From contig CAVYAN010000041.1 in assembly GCA_963766075.1 (NCBI GenBank), forward strand, positions 33,212-97,211: 64,000 nt of DNA. The letters are read 5' to 3'. This document shows, in pieces, positions 22,251 through 34,062 of the stretch (within the stretch, counting starts at the first letter, position 1; each line of letters opens with the position of its first letter). The notes beneath the pieces were generated by a model, which made no database searches, was not told the DNA's origin, and worked only from the letters and a program-made list of their open reading frames with translations. The position numbers and the translations under genes are program-made. The stretch comes from an uncultured cyanobacterium (GTDB lineage Bacteria; Cyanobacteriota; Cyanobacteriia; Leptolyngbyales; Leptolyngbyaceae).

Positions 22251-23426
22251 CTAGCCTGAAGCTCCTAGTCCAGCCAAATGGCAATGGCAGTCGGGCCGGG
22301 TGAGAAGAGATTCCGCCAGCGTATTGAGCACCGTAGCCGCGAGCATCCCGCCACCCACCGTACCCTCCAGGGTGATGTAGGGAATCGGGCTGTGGATCAG
22401 TTGCCGTTTCGCAGCGGGAGCGTGGCTGAAGCCGATGGGCAGGCCAATTACTAGAGCCGGAGCAATTTGTTGTTGGGCGATCGCCCGGTTGATCGCCAGC
22501 AATACCGAGGGCGCATAGCCCACAATCACAATGCTGCCCGCCGGAATTTTGGCAACGGCCCCCGGCCCCTGCTGCCAAAAGCATTGTTCAGCCGCCGGGG
22601 CATTATGCACATGGGGATCCTCAATCAGCACCGTAATGGCACAGCCCAGATTAGCCAGCCGGGTTTGATCCAGCGCCGAGGCCACGGCGGAAATGTCCAC
22701 AATCACCTGACAGCCTGAACTGAGGGCCTGCTGTCCAGCGGCGATCGCATCAGCACTGCGGCGCACAAACGGGGCGATGCTCACATCCCCACAGGCCAAC
22801 ACCAAGTTGGACAAGAGATCGCGATCAATTTCAGAGAATTGAGACAAATCCGGCAGCAACCGCTCCAGGGATTCTTGAAAGGTCTCCGGATGCTGATGCA
22901 CGGGCGCATCCAGATCGTGCCAAAGCTGGGTTAATTCGCCCAGGTTAGCTTGGCTGTCGGCATCCAGTTGCTTAATCTGAGCCAGCACTTCCGCTTGCAC
23001 GTCCTGGCAGTAATGATCTCGGCCCAACAGCCCTTCCAAGGCCAAGGCAGTGTGTCGCAACTGGGTCATTTGCCGCAGCACGGTTTGATACTGTCGCTGA
23101 AGCTGCTGGATCAAGGTAGGGGTTTGGTCCGCGTGGGGCACGCCTTCCAGCAATTGCTGAATATGGGAAAGCTGGAATCCCTGCTGCTTCAGGGCGACAA
23201 TCCGCTTGAGCCGCTGGACATCCGGCTCGGTGTAAAGCCGATAGTTACTGGGCGATCGCGCCGGGGGTGGCAGCAATCCCAGTTGATGGTAATGCCGCAC
23301 CATCCGGGGGGTCAGCCCACCCCCCACCGCATCGGTTAATTCTTTAATCGTCAGAGCCTCTTGAGTCCTCAGCGGCTCTTTAATCGTTAGCGGCATTACC
23401 ATTTCCCGATCCTCTCCTTGAGCCAT
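22251..23426 (-). CDS. coaR: MerR-family regulator fused to a precorrin isomerase (CobH/CbiC)-like domain; cobalt sensor CoaR/CorR
   Basis: LTIKELT...RMVRHYHQLGLL...NYRLYT MerR HTH; VGYAPSVL, LVIGLPIGF, GGGMLAA CbiC-like; C-terminal C-H-C; divergent from a P1B ATPase. Confidence 0.9.
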   Translation of the reverse strand: MAQGEDREMVMPLTIKEPLRTQEALTIKELTDAVGGGLTPRMVRHYHQLGLLPPPARSPSNYRLYTEPDVQRLKRIVALKQQGFQLSHIQQLLEGVPHADQTPTLIQQLQRQYQTVLRQMTQLRHTALALEGLLGRDHYCQDVQAEVLAQIKQLDADSQANLGELTQLWHDLDAPVHQHPETFQESLERLLPDLSQFSEIDRDLLSNLVLACGDVSIAPFVRRSADAIAAGQQALSSGCQVIVDISAVASALDQTRLANLGCAITVLIEDPHVHNAPAAEQCFWQQGPGAVAKIPAGSIVIVGYAPSVLLAINRAIAQQQIAPALVIGLPIGFSHAPAAKRQLIHSPIPYITLEGTVGGGMLAATVLNTLAESLLTRPDCHCHLAGLGASG

Positions 23427-23453
23427 TATGTCCCGATTCTAGCGCCTGGGGGC

Positions 23454-23485
23454 TTGACCTTAACATTAATGTCAAGGTTTACCCT
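23454..23485 (+). promoter_or_regulatory. MerR-type operator-promoter for coaT
   Basis: TTGACC-20 nt-TACCCT with dyad ACCTTAACATT/AATGTCAAGGT (23457-23478) overlapping the -35 and filling the spacer. Confidence 0.85.
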
Positions 23486-23512
23486 GGGAGGGTTATCTAC
23501 TGGAGTAAACCC

Positions 23513-25571
23513 ATGGTGGCTCGCTTTCGACCGCAGGTAGGGCTGGATCCCGAGGGTGTTGCCGCCCTACTCTGCGGCCTGTGCGTGATCGGGGGCTGGC
23601 TAGCGCTGCATTTTGCCTGGGTGGGCCTCGCCCTGCTGCTGTTACCGTTGGCCTACGGCATCGGGGGCTATGGCGGTGCGCGATCGGGATTGACGACGCT
23701 GCTGCAGGAGCAGGAATTGGATGTTGATTTGCTGATGATTGTGGCGGCCTTGGGCGCAGCCGGACTGGGACTCTGGCAGCGGGACTATTTTTTGATTGTG
23801 GATGGAGCCGTCTTAATTCTGATTTTTGCCATCAGTGGCGCGCTGGAAAGCTATGCCATGGGTCAGACGGCGCGCAGCATTCAGAGTTTGATGAAGCTGA
23901 CTCCCGACATCGCCCGCGTGTTGGCAGACGACGATCAGGAATCTCCACGGGCGATCGCCCAGTTGCGTGTGGGCGATCGCCTGCGGGTCAAACCGGGCGA
24001 ACTCATTCCTGTGGACAGCCAAATTGTGGCGGGCACATCCACGCTCAATGAAGCCGCAATCACAGGCGAATCGATGCCCGTCACCAAAACCGTCGGCGAT
24101 GGCGTATTTGCAGGCACGCTTAATGGACAAGGTTCCCTTACTCTATTAGTGAATCAACCGCCGGAAAGTAGCCTGATTCAGCGGGTGATTCGGTTAGTGG
24201 AAACCGCGCAACAGTCCGCCCCGCCCTCGCAGCAATGGTTGGAACAGGTGGAGCGGGGCTATGCCAAAGTCATCGTGCTCGTCGGTCTGGCGTTAGCGGT
24301 GCTGCCTCCCTTCCTCTGGCAGTGGGACTGGAAAACGACTATCTATCGCGCGTTGATTTTTCTGGTGGTGGCTTCCCCCTGTGCCCTGATGGCGGCCATT
24401 ATGCCAACGCTCCTGTCCGCCATGGCCAATGGGGCCAGACAGGGAATTTTATTCAAAAATGGGGCGCAGTTGGAGCGCCTGGGTCAGGTGCGGGCGATCG
24501 CCTTCGACAAAACCGGCACCCTCACAACCGGATCGCCCCAAGTGGTGCAGGTGATTGCGGCCTCTGGGTGGCAGCCCGCCGATGTTCTGCATCTGGCCGC
24601 TGCCCTCGAAAGCCACTCCGAACATCCCCTGGGACAAGCCATCTGCCGTGCCGCCTCGGCAAATTCGCTGCCCCGAAGCCCCATCACCGATCCGATCACC
24701 GCTGTCCAGGCGATCCCTGGTCAGGGCATTCAGGGCTGGCTGGGGGCGGAGGCGGTGCGGGTCGGCACTGCCGCTTTTGTCACGACTGCAGATGCTGCGC
24801 CCCTGCCATTAGGAGCGGGAGCAGTGGCGGAATCGATGGCAAAATCGGTGACGAAATTAGCAGAGCGCGCAACTAAGACTGGATCTGAGGCCACAGATCG
24901 CCCCCGATCTAGTGGCTCAAGGCCAGGGCTTAGCCGCAGCGGGGCACACCGTTGTTTGGGTGGCGCGAGCTCAAGCTATTGTCGGCATCATGGCGATCGC
25001 CGATACGCTCCGCCCCACCGCCGCCGCCACCATTGCCCACTTGCGGCACCTCGGCATTGAGCAGATAATTTTATTGACGGGGGATAATCCGGAAACCGCC
25101 CAGGCGATCGCTCAAGCCGTGGGCATCGATCAGGTCTATGCCGAACTCTTACCAGAGGACAAACTGCACCACATCAAACAGCTCCAACGCCGCTACAAAA
25201 CCGTCGCCATGGTGGGCGATGGCATCAATGATGCTCCGGCCTTGGCGCAGGCATCCGTGGGTATCGCCATGGGCGGCAGCGGCAGCGATGTGGCCTTGGA
25301 AACAGCCGATGTGGTATTGATGGGCGATCGCTTAGAAAAACTAATTGGGGCGATTCGGTTCGGGCGGCGATCGCAAACCGTCATCAAACAAAATGTGGGG
25401 TTTGCGTTGCTTTGTATTGGTGGGCTGCTTATCACCAACTTCGCAGGCGATCTGACCCTACCCTTCAGTGTGCTTGGGCACGAAGGTTCTACGGTTTTAG
25501 TCACCCTCAGTGGGCTTCGGCTCCTCGGAACTCCCTGGACAATTTCCAAAAATAATATGCCCGCTGGCTAA
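23513..25571 (+). CDS. coaT: P1B-4 heavy-metal (Co2+) exporting ATPase; apparent +1 frameshift near 24893
   Basis: TGES, SPC in TM, DKTGTLT, SEHPL, TGDN, GDGINDAP, HEGST; no N-terminal metal-binding domain. Confidence 0.88.
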
Positions 25572-25604
25572 GGGACTTCCATGAAAATAACCTGCCCGTG
25601 AACC

Positions 25605-25653
25605 AGGTTTCGACTGCGCTCAACCTTCAGCCATCGCGGGTTGAGCGCAGTCG
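25605..25653. repeat. REP-like palindrome (TTCGACTGCGCTCAACC / GGTTGAGCGCAGTCG)
   Basis: Inverted pair between convergent genes; same core as the repeats at 31043 and 52703. Confidence 0.7.
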
Positions 25654-25683
25654 CAGCTTCTATAATATTGGTCGGAAATCGTC

Positions 25684-26853
25684 TTACGACACCACCGGAT
25701 GAAAATAGAAGGCTAAACCTAAAACCACGTAGGCTGCCAATAGCAGCGTGCCTTCTAGCCAATTCGATCGCCCATCCGAGCTAATGGAATTGGCAATCAG
25801 CACCGCCACCGCCACCGCCACCAGCTCAAACGGATTGAAATCCAAATCCATCGGTTGTCCCACTAACCAACCCACGATTACCAGCACCGGGGCCACAAAC
25901 AGCGCAATCTGCAAGCTCGATCCCAGGGCCACCGATACCGACAAATCCATTTTGTCCTTCATCGCCACCGTGACTGCCGTCGCATGTTCCGCCGCATTGC
26001 CCACGATCGGCAGCAAAATCACCCCCGTAAACAAGGTTGTCAGCCCCAGCTTGTCGGTGGCGACCTCTAGCGAGCCCACCAGCAACTCCGACTCAATCGC
26101 CACAAACACCGTTGCCGCTAACAAAACCCCAATCCACAGCCCCAGATTTACCCGGTGTGGTGCAGCATCCCCCATTTCATTCGATTCCGTCTCGTTCAAT
26201 CCCGGAACATTGCGTCCTGTCAAGTTCGATTCCGCTAGATTCGATTCCGCTAGCTCTTCAACGTCGTGCTGGGCGATCCCCGCGTCATAAAGGTAAGCGT
26301 GGGTTTTCATGGAAAACAGCAGCGTCAGTACATACACCCCAATCAGAACAATCGCCACCGCCACCGATAGGGTTTGCATCGTGGCGTCATCCATCCCCTG
26401 GGAGGTGTACTGCATCGCCGTCGGCAATAGCATAGCAATGACCGCCAAATTCATCGATGACGCATTTACCCGCGCCACAATCGGCTGAAACTCCTGTTCC
26501 TTATAGCGCAACCCTCCCAGCAACATCGATAAACCCATCACCAGCAGCAAGTTTCCAATGATCGATCCCGTGATACTGGCCTTTACCACATCGACCAATC
26601 CCGCATTCAGCGCCACGATCGCAATAATCAACTCCGTCGCATTGCCAAAGGTGGCATTCAGCAAGCCCCCCAGGGATGGGCCTGCCACCACCGCAATTTC
26701 TTCCGTGGCGGTTCCCATCCACGCCGCCAAGGGCACAATCGCGGCAGCGGCAGTGAGAAATATCACCAGCGATCCCCAGTGGCAATATTCTGCGGCGATG
26801 GAGATAGGAATGAAAGCCAGGAGAACGATAAAGCAGAGGGTTTTAAGGGACAT
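25684..26853 (-). CDS. cax: Ca2+/H+ antiporter (CAX/ChaA)
   Basis: GGLLNATFGNATELII and PIVGNAAEH alpha repeats; SNWLEG. Confidence 0.95.
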   Translation of the reverse strand: MSLKTLCFIVLLAFIPISIAAEYCHWGSLVIFLTAAAAIVPLAAWMGTATEEIAVVAGPSLGGLLNATFGNATELIIAIVALNAGLVDVVKASITGSIIGNLLLVMGLSMLLGGLRYKEQEFQPIVARVNASSMNLAVIAMLLPTAMQYTSQGMDDATMQTLSVAVAIVLIGVYVLTLLFSMKTHAYLYDAGIAQHDVEELAESNLAESNLTGRNVPGLNETESNEMGDAAPHRVNLGLWIGVLLAATVFVAIESELLVGSLEVATDKLGLTTLFTGVILLPIVGNAAEHATAVTVAMKDKMDLSVSVALGSSLQIALFVAPVLVIVGWLVGQPMDLDFNPFELVAVAVAVLIANSISSDGRSNWLEGTLLLAAYVVLGLAFYFHPVVS

Positions 26854-27247
26854 ATCTAGGGAATTAACGAAAAAATCATAGCCCTGTAGTTTTGGCTTTT
26901 GGCAGTGTACCCTGCTCCTTCAGCGTTGTAACGATTCATTTCAGATTGGACCCAGAATGCAAAGTCTTATTGTGATCCCCTGAATTCGTTCTCAATTTCC
27001 TGCGACTTTACGTTTGAATGCGAAGACACGACGCGTGCAGTCGGGCGGAAATTCAAACTTCAAAACGCCAAACCCGGAAAGCTTTCATTTACCGCAACGC
27101 GGCATTAAAAACGCTAAATGCCAAATCAGCTATTCCTGTAATTTTGCATTTGTAATTTCTTCTAGTTAATTTCTCTAGCTTGTTTTTCTAGCTGCACTTC
27201 CATTTTCCGGTTTTTACTCACGCTCTTTACTCACTCATTGCTACTCT

Positions 27248-29941
27248 ATGCCCATCTCCCGCGATCGCTCCCCTGCCGCTTCCACCGTGCGTGGAGAACG
27301 TTCTACCTCTCTGCCCTCCTCCCAAACGCCAACGCCACAGGCCACTAAGGCATCGCCTGCGGCACTCACTACGGCCCAAGGCGTATACATCACCATTCAT
27401 GGGCACTTCTATCAGCCTCCGCGCGAAAATCCCTACTTGGATGCGATCGAACGTCAGCCCAGCGCCGCCCCTGCCCACAACTGGAATGAGCGGATTTACC
27501 ACGAGTGCTATCGCCCCAATGCCTTTGCCCGGATTGTGAATGATCACGGCGAAGTCATCCGGATTGTGAATAATTTTGAGTACTTCAGCTTCAATATTGG
27601 ACCCACGCTAATGAGTTGGCTGGAGCGCCATGATGTGCAAACCTATCAGCGCATTTTGGAAGCCGATCGCAAAAGCTGCCAGCGCCTGAATGGCCATGGC
27701 AATGCGATCGCCCAAGCCTATAACCACATGATTCTGCCCCTGGCCAACACCCAGGACAAACGCACCCAAATCCGCTGGGGTAAAGCCGACTTCCGTAGCC
27801 GCTTTGGGCGGGATTCCGAAGGCATGTGGCTGGCTGAAACAGCGGTGGACTACCCCACCCTAGCGGCCTTGGTCGCCGAAGGTATTCGCTTCATCATCCT
27901 GGCTCCCTCCCAGGCCCAACGCTGCCGCCCCCAACCCACCCCGGAGCAGCCGGATCCCCGTTGGCAGGAAGTGGGTGGCAGTCAAATTGATACCACGCGC
28001 CCCTATCGCTGCTATCTTCCAAATCCGGAGAATACACCTGAAAGCATCTCCGGGAATGGCCCTGAGAATCCATCCTTCATCGACATCTTTTTCTACGATG
28101 GTCCCATTTCCCGAGACATGGGCTTTGACGATGGCGCACTCAGCAGTTCCCACCAATTTGCCAATCGTCTGGGTCAAGCTGTGCGTGGGGATCATCGCCC
28201 TGCCCAAGTGATTGGTGTCGCCACGGACGGCGAAACCTTTGGCCATCACAAGGGGGGCACCGAAAAATGCTTGGCCTATGCGTTTACCCATGAGTTTCCC
28301 CAGCGGGGCTGGACCGTCACCAACTTTGCCCATTACCTCTCCTTGGCAGAGCCAACTTGGACCGTGGAACTGAAACCCGTGACGGCTTGGAGCTGTGCCC
28401 ACGGGTCAGATCGCTGGCAGGATGCCTGTGGCTGTGGCGCAGCCCCCGGCTGGCATTTGCACTGGCGCAGACCACTCCGCGATGCCCTTGATTGGCTGCG
28501 GGATCAGTTGATTGATGTGTTTTCATCGGCGGGCGCGCTGCTGTTTAAGGATCCCTGGCAGGCGCGAGATGCCTATATTCAAGTGATTTTGGACCGCAGT
28601 GCCGGGGCGATCGCCCAGTTCCTGAGCCAGCACCAAGCCCATAAGCTCTCCGCTGCTGAGCGGGTAGATGCCCTACGGCTCCTGGAAATGCAGCGGCATG
28701 CGCTGTTGATGTACACCAGTTGCGGTTGGTTTTTTGAAGAGCTGTCTCGCCCGGAAGGCGTCCAAATTCTCCGCTATGCGGCCCGTGCCCTGGAACTGGC
28801 CCGAGACGTGATGGGTATTCAGCTTGAGGCGGGTTTTATCAAGCGGTTGGCCCAAGCGCCCACCAACATCGCCGCGTTTAAGACCGGAGCCGATGTGTAT
28901 GACCAACTGGTCAAATCCGCGCAGGTAAGCTTAGAACAGGTGGGAGCCCACTACGCGATTAATTCACTCTTCACAACCTATACCAAACGCGAACCGTTCT
29001 ACTGCTATGGGGTCCATCAGTTGGATTATTACCTCCAGCGCCTCGGCAATCTCACCTTGGCAGTAGGCCATGTCGAACTGACTTCGGAGATTACCCAGGA
29101 GGCGCGCGCACTAGTATTTGCCGTGCTGCATTTGGGGGGCTGGGATTTTCACTGCTGCGTTCAGCCGTTTATGGGACGGCGGGGCTATACCCACCTGAAG
29201 GAACGCCTCTGCTCGGCATTGGCCCAGGCGAGTGCTGCCCCGGTGATTCTGGAAATGAGTCAATTATTTGAGCCCCCGTTCCACAGTCTGCAAAGCTTGT
29301 TTCCAGAGGAGCGGCAGCGGATTATGCAATTGCTGAGCCAGGAAACCCTAACGCGGCTGGATCAGCTTTATACCCAGGTGTATCGCGATAATTACGGCGT
29401 GTTGATGGCCTTCCATCGGGATGGGGTGACGGTGCCTCAAGAGTTGCAGGTTGCTGCCCAAATTGCCCTCGGACAGCGGGTGCTGGGCCTGTTGCGATCG
29501 CTAGAACAGGATCTCGCTGATCTCGCTGGTCCAGGAGCCCGCCTTGGCGTGGGCGGGAGCCAGTTGGCGGAGTTACAGGCGATCGCCACCGAGGCGGATC
29601 AGTTCCACTGCCATTTCCAGTTGCCGGAAGCGACTGCGATTGTCGAACGGTTGCTGCTGCAATCGCTGTGGCATCTAGTCCAAGAAAGCCATGCCAGTAG
29701 CCTGAAGGCTGATCTCCAGCGGGTAGAACACTTGATTCAAGTTGGACAACGCCTGGGATTGGGAATTTCCCTCGCCGCCGCCCAGGAACTCTATATCCAG
29801 CAAATGGCCGCTGAAGTGGCGGTGTCCGTTCCGGCGCAGACTGGACGTGGCCGGGAACCCGTCGCTGCGGCTCTCCTGTCTAACCCCGTGCTTCTGCGAC
29901 AATTGGGCAGTGTCCTAGGCGTAGGGATTTGTACGGCCTAG
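27248..29941 (+). CDS. Glycoside hydrolase family 57 with DUF3536
   Basis: HGHFYQPPRENP, YNHMILPLAN, GMWLAETAVD, ATDGETFGHH, MYTSCGWFF. Confidence 0.92.
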   Translation: MPISRDRSPAASTVRGERSTSLPSSQTPTPQATKASPAALTTAQGVYITIHGHFYQPPRENPYLDAIERQPSAAPAHNWNERIYHECYRPNAFARIVNDHGEVIRIVNNFEYFSFNIGPTLMSWLERHDVQTYQRILEADRKSCQRLNGHGNAIAQAYNHMILPLANTQDKRTQIRWGKADFRSRFGRDSEGMWLAETAVDYPTLAALVAEGIRFIILAPSQAQRCRPQPTPEQPDPRWQEVGGSQIDTTRPYRCYLPNPENTPESISGNGPENPSFIDIFFYDGPISRDMGFDDGALSSSHQFANRLGQAVRGDHRPAQVIGVATDGETFGHHKGGTEKCLAYAFTHEFPQRGWTVTNFAHYLSLAEPTWTVELKPVTAWSCAHGSDRWQDACGCGAAPGWHLHWRRPLRDALDWLRDQLIDVFSSAGALLFKDPWQARDAYIQVILDRSAGAIAQFLSQHQAHKLSAAERVDALRLLEMQRHALLMYTSCGWFFEELSRPEGVQILRYAARALELARDVMGIQLEAGFIKRLAQAPTNIAAFKTGADVYDQLVKSAQVSLEQVGAHYAINSLFTTYTKREPFYCYGVHQLDYYLQRLGNLTLAVGHVELTSEITQEARALVFAVLHLGGWDFHCCVQPFMGRRGYTHLKERLCSALAQASAAPVILEMSQLFEPPFHSLQSLFPEERQRIMQLLSQETLTRLDQLYTQVYRDNYGVLMAFHRDGVTVPQELQVAAQIALGQRVLGLLRSLEQDLADLAGPGARLGVGGSQLAELQAIATEADQFHCHFQLPEATAIVERLLLQSLWHLVQESHASSLKADLQRVEHLIQVGQRLGLGISLAAAQELYIQQMAAEVAVSVPAQTGRGREPVAAALLSNPVLLRQLGSVLGVGICTA

Positions 29942-30001
29942 ACCTAGCCTAGGCGTGGGCACGGCCTAGAATGGGCATAGCCTAGAGATGGGCTGGCCTA
30001 G

Positions 30002-31024
30002 ATGATGGAGAGATGGGGAATGGTCAAACAGTGGGTAAAGCGGTACTTTTGGTTACCCGTGCCAATTTTGGGGATGCTGTCGGTGTGGGGCATGATTTTA
30101 GCCAAGCAGCCTGCACCCCCTACCTCTATCTCTAATCGCCCCAGCCCCTTGCCCACCCTGACACCCCTGCCCGCCATCACCACAGCGCTAAGCAGTCCGT
30201 CTGCCCAGCCCAAGTCGGTTCCTAAAGTGACGACAAAACCCAGTCCCACGGCAGTGAAGCCGACGACCTATACGGGGCAGGAAGCCGCCATTAACCAAAC
30301 GGCTAAGGCCAAGTTGCTGGATGCCTCGGTGGACTCCTTGATTGAAATGCGCGTGGCGATCGCCCAAGGCCCCAACGTTACCATCGGCTCCTCCGACGGA
30401 GCCACAATCTTAGATAAAGATGGCAAGCCTCTGCGCCAGCTCCAGCCCGGACAAGGCTATACCGCGGGCAGTGATGGTGAAATTACGTGGGTGCAGCCCG
30501 TGGGTACGGGCGTCTTAGGCATTGGCAGCCGTCCCTATCGGGGCCGATTTTTACTCGTCACGAACGGGGGCAATACCCTGGTGGTGAACTATGTTAATTT
30601 GCGGAAATACCTCTACGGCGTCGTACCCAGCGAAGTCTCTCCCAGTTGGAATATGCAGGCGTTAAAAGCCCAGGCGATCGCGGCCCGCTCCTACGCCCTC
30701 ACCTACTACTTCAAACCCGCAAATTCTCTCTATCACATGGGATCGGACGAATATTATCAGGTGTACAGCGGCATGGAAAAAGAAGACCCGGCCACCAGCA
30801 GCGCCGTCGATACCACCGCCGGGGAATTTGTGAGCTATCGGGGTGGAATTGTGGAATCACTCTACGCGGCCTCTGACGACATTGTGGCGGAAGCCTTCGC
30901 CGGCAAAGGGATGAGCCAACTGGGGGCGCTCCACCTGGCTAACCAAGGCTACACGTACCAGCAAATCCTGGCCAACTACTACCCCAACACCGGCGTTGGT
31001 CGAATTGAAGCAGACCATGAGTAG
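30002..31024 (+). CDS. SpoIID/LytB domain peptidoglycan lytic transglycosylase-like protein
   Basis: N-terminal TM and P/T-rich linker; YLYGVVPSEV, ALKAQAIAARSYA, YQVYSG, GMSQLGA, QILANYYP. Confidence 0.9.
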   Translation: MMERWGMVKQWVKRYFWLPVPILGMLSVWGMILAKQPAPPTSISNRPSPLPTLTPLPAITTALSSPSAQPKSVPKVTTKPSPTAVKPTTYTGQEAAINQTAKAKLLDASVDSLIEMRVAIAQGPNVTIGSSDGATILDKDGKPLRQLQPGQGYTAGSDGEITWVQPVGTGVLGIGSRPYRGRFLLVTNGGNTLVVNYVNLRKYLYGVVPSEVSPSWNMQALKAQAIAARSYALTYYFKPANSLYHMGSDEYYQVYSGMEKEDPATSSAVDTTAGEFVSYRGGIVESLYAASDDIVAEAFAGKGMSQLGALHLANQGYTYQQILANYYPNTGVGRIEADHE

Positions 31025-31042
31025 AATCTTGGATCTAAGCCA

Positions 31043-31192
31043 TGAGGGCTGAGCGCAGTCGAAGCCCTCACTCCCATTCGTGGATTGAGCGGAGTCGAAA
31101 TCCACTGCCCTCATCCGTCGCCCTGTGGATTGAGCGGAGCCGAAATCCACTGCCCTCCCCCCATCCGTGGATTGAGCGGAGTCGAAATCCAC
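31043..31192. repeat. Cluster of four hairpin (REP-like) repeats
   Basis: GTGGATTGAGCGGAG(T/C)CGAAATCCAC at 31080, 31125 and 31167, plus variant TGAGGGCTGAGCGCAGTCGAAGCCCTCA at 31043. Confidence 0.9.
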
Positions 31193-31210
31193 CGCTATCC
31201 AAGCCTTGAT

Positions 31211-32068
31211 TCAGCCTTGCAGTTTCAGAAAATGGTCAAGGGCTGAAACCATAGCAGGGGACCAACGACGGACGTTTTTTACCCAATCGATATCCTTGTA
31301 ACGGGCGTCAATGCCCACGGCGGAGACCCATTCGCTTTCCGCTTCCCCTTGTTTGCCTTCAATCCACAGGGCAGCGGTGAGGGCAGCGCGGGGATCGGCA
31401 AAGGAGGGATATTTGCGGACTAAGTTGCGCATCGTGCGAATGGCCTCAGCGGTTTGGCCCAGTTGGTAGAGGGCGATCGCATAGTTACTGCGGGCAAACA
31501 CGTATTCTGGAGCCATGTCGGCAGCTTTCTTATAGTCGGCTACTGCGGCTTCCCAATCGCCAAGCCCCCCCTCGGCATTGCCCCGATTGTTATAGGCCGC
31601 TGGATCGTTAGGCTCCAGTTCCAAAACATGGTTGTAGTCGGCGATCGCTTCCGCAAACTTGCCGATCCCCTCGTAGGCCGTCCCCCGGTTTAGATAGGGA
31701 TCCGAGGCTTCCGGGGCCAGCTCAATCGCCCGGTTGAAATCAGCGATCGCCAAAGCCAATTTGTTCTGACTCACGCGCGAATTGCCCCGGTTACTCCAGG
31801 CAGCGGGATTTTGGGGAAACTTATCAATGGCCTGGGTCCAATAGTCTTCAGCGGCAGCAAAGTCGCCCTGATTGGTCAGTTCAAAGGCTTTGTCCGCCAA
31901 GGCATTAATTTCTTCATAGAGCGACATGGCCGATGCCGGGGTTTCGGGCACGGTTTTCGACTGGCCGGCCCACGCCACCGCCGATCCACTCCCACTCAGC
32001 AGCCCCCAACTCAGCAGGGTCATCAAGAGCACGGCACAGAGTGATCGCAAAGCGTGACGAAGAATCAT
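31211..32068 (-). CDS. Exported tetratricopeptide repeat protein
   Basis: Signal peptide; repeated AWSNRG / PYLNRG / AYNNRG TPR units. Confidence 0.92.
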   Translation of the reverse strand: MILRHALRSLCAVLLMTLLSWGLLSGSGSAVAWAGQSKTVPETPASAMSLYEEINALADKAFELTNQGDFAAAEDYWTQAIDKFPQNPAAWSNRGNSRVSQNKLALAIADFNRAIELAPEASDPYLNRGTAYEGIGKFAEAIADYNHVLELEPNDPAAYNNRGNAEGGLGDWEAAVADYKKAADMAPEYVFARSNYAIALYQLGQTAEAIRTMRNLVRKYPSFADPRAALTAALWIEGKQGEAESEWVSAVGIDARYKDIDWVKNVRRWSPAMVSALDHFLKLQG

Positions 32069-32142
32069 AAAATTAATCTAAGGGAAATTTACAAATCTTA
32101 ATTAATTTCAGCCTACCATCTTTAGCGTTTTTCGATGTCCGC

Positions 32143-32622
32143 CTAGGGTTGCTTATCCTGGGCGATCGCCCCCACCCCCGCCTGCGTTGCCCGTAAATAA
32201 TCCACCGGCTTGAGCAAAATCTGGACTCCCCGCAGACCCGCAGACACCGAAATCACATCAAACAGCTCCACCCATTCATCCACATAGACAGGATAGTCTT
32301 TTTTGCAGGCGATCGCCGTCACCCCGCCCCGCAGGTACCCCGTCAACGGTTGCACCTCCTTCAGCGCCACCGTTTCCACCTTGCGATTGCCCGACACCTG
32401 GGCCAACGCCTTCAGATCCAAGTGCATAGTGCCCGGAATTACCGCCAGCAGCACCCCCGTTTTATCCCCCCGCGCCACCAACGTCTTAAACACCTGTTCC
32501 GGCGGCAGACCCACCTTGGCCGCGACCGACTCCGCCGCCAAATCCTCCAGATCTACCGGATAGTTCCGCAACTCGTAGGCAATGCCCAAAGTATCCAAAA
32601 TCCGGACCGCATTTGTTTTCAT
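32143..32622 (-). CDS. ybaK: Cys-tRNA(Pro) deacylase YbaK
   Basis: MKTNAVRIL, QVFKTLV, TGYLRGGVT, VSAGLRG. Confidence 0.93.
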   Translation of the reverse strand: MKTNAVRILDTLGIAYELRNYPVDLEDLAAESVAAKVGLPPEQVFKTLVARGDKTGVLLAVIPGTMHLDLKALAQVSGNRKVETVALKEVQPLTGYLRGGVTAIACKKDYPVYVDEWVELFDVISVSAGLRGVQILLKPVDYLRATQAGVGAIAQDKQP

Positions 32623-32721
32623 CGCAGCAGGTTTTCATGGTTGGACTCATGATTTTTTAGTTTCGCATGCCCCATGACAATCTGATAAAATCATGAATCC
32701 CACGCCTATCCCCCCTTGTAA

Positions 32722-33732
<1,011 letters not shown>

Positions 33733-34062
33733 GGATTCTTGGCTGGGATGCCTCTTGGCAATGGGCTAAATAGGTCGTTGCCAGTAAACGGATAAACGGA
33801 TGATGGGCACGGCCAATTCCCTCTGCCCATCATTACGCTTAGCCCCAGGCACGTTGTGCTTTCCGCCGGTTGGATTACGCCAATTTCATGGTTAATTGGG
33901 CGGCTCGACTGAGCTAAGGCTGCGTTCGGGGAGATTTGCAAACCCCTAGGCAAAGCCTCCCCGGTACTATTTTGAGATGATTATTTCTCTAGATAGCTAT
34001 TTCGGGGGGTCCATCCGGCTGGAGTGGATGGTTGATCCGAAATCACCTCGTCCCAAGCAGAA

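Noticed and set aside
29936..30002. Repeated CCTAG...TGGGC motifs between GH57 and SpoIID
   Set aside because: Short, degenerate and irregularly spaced; no functional interpretation can be supported
31080..31192. Mini CRISPR array (three 26-bp palindromic repeats)
   Set aside because: Spacers are only 19 and 16 bp and similar to each other (TGCCCTC...), there are no cas genes, and the same core occurs dispersed elsewhere, so it is REP-like
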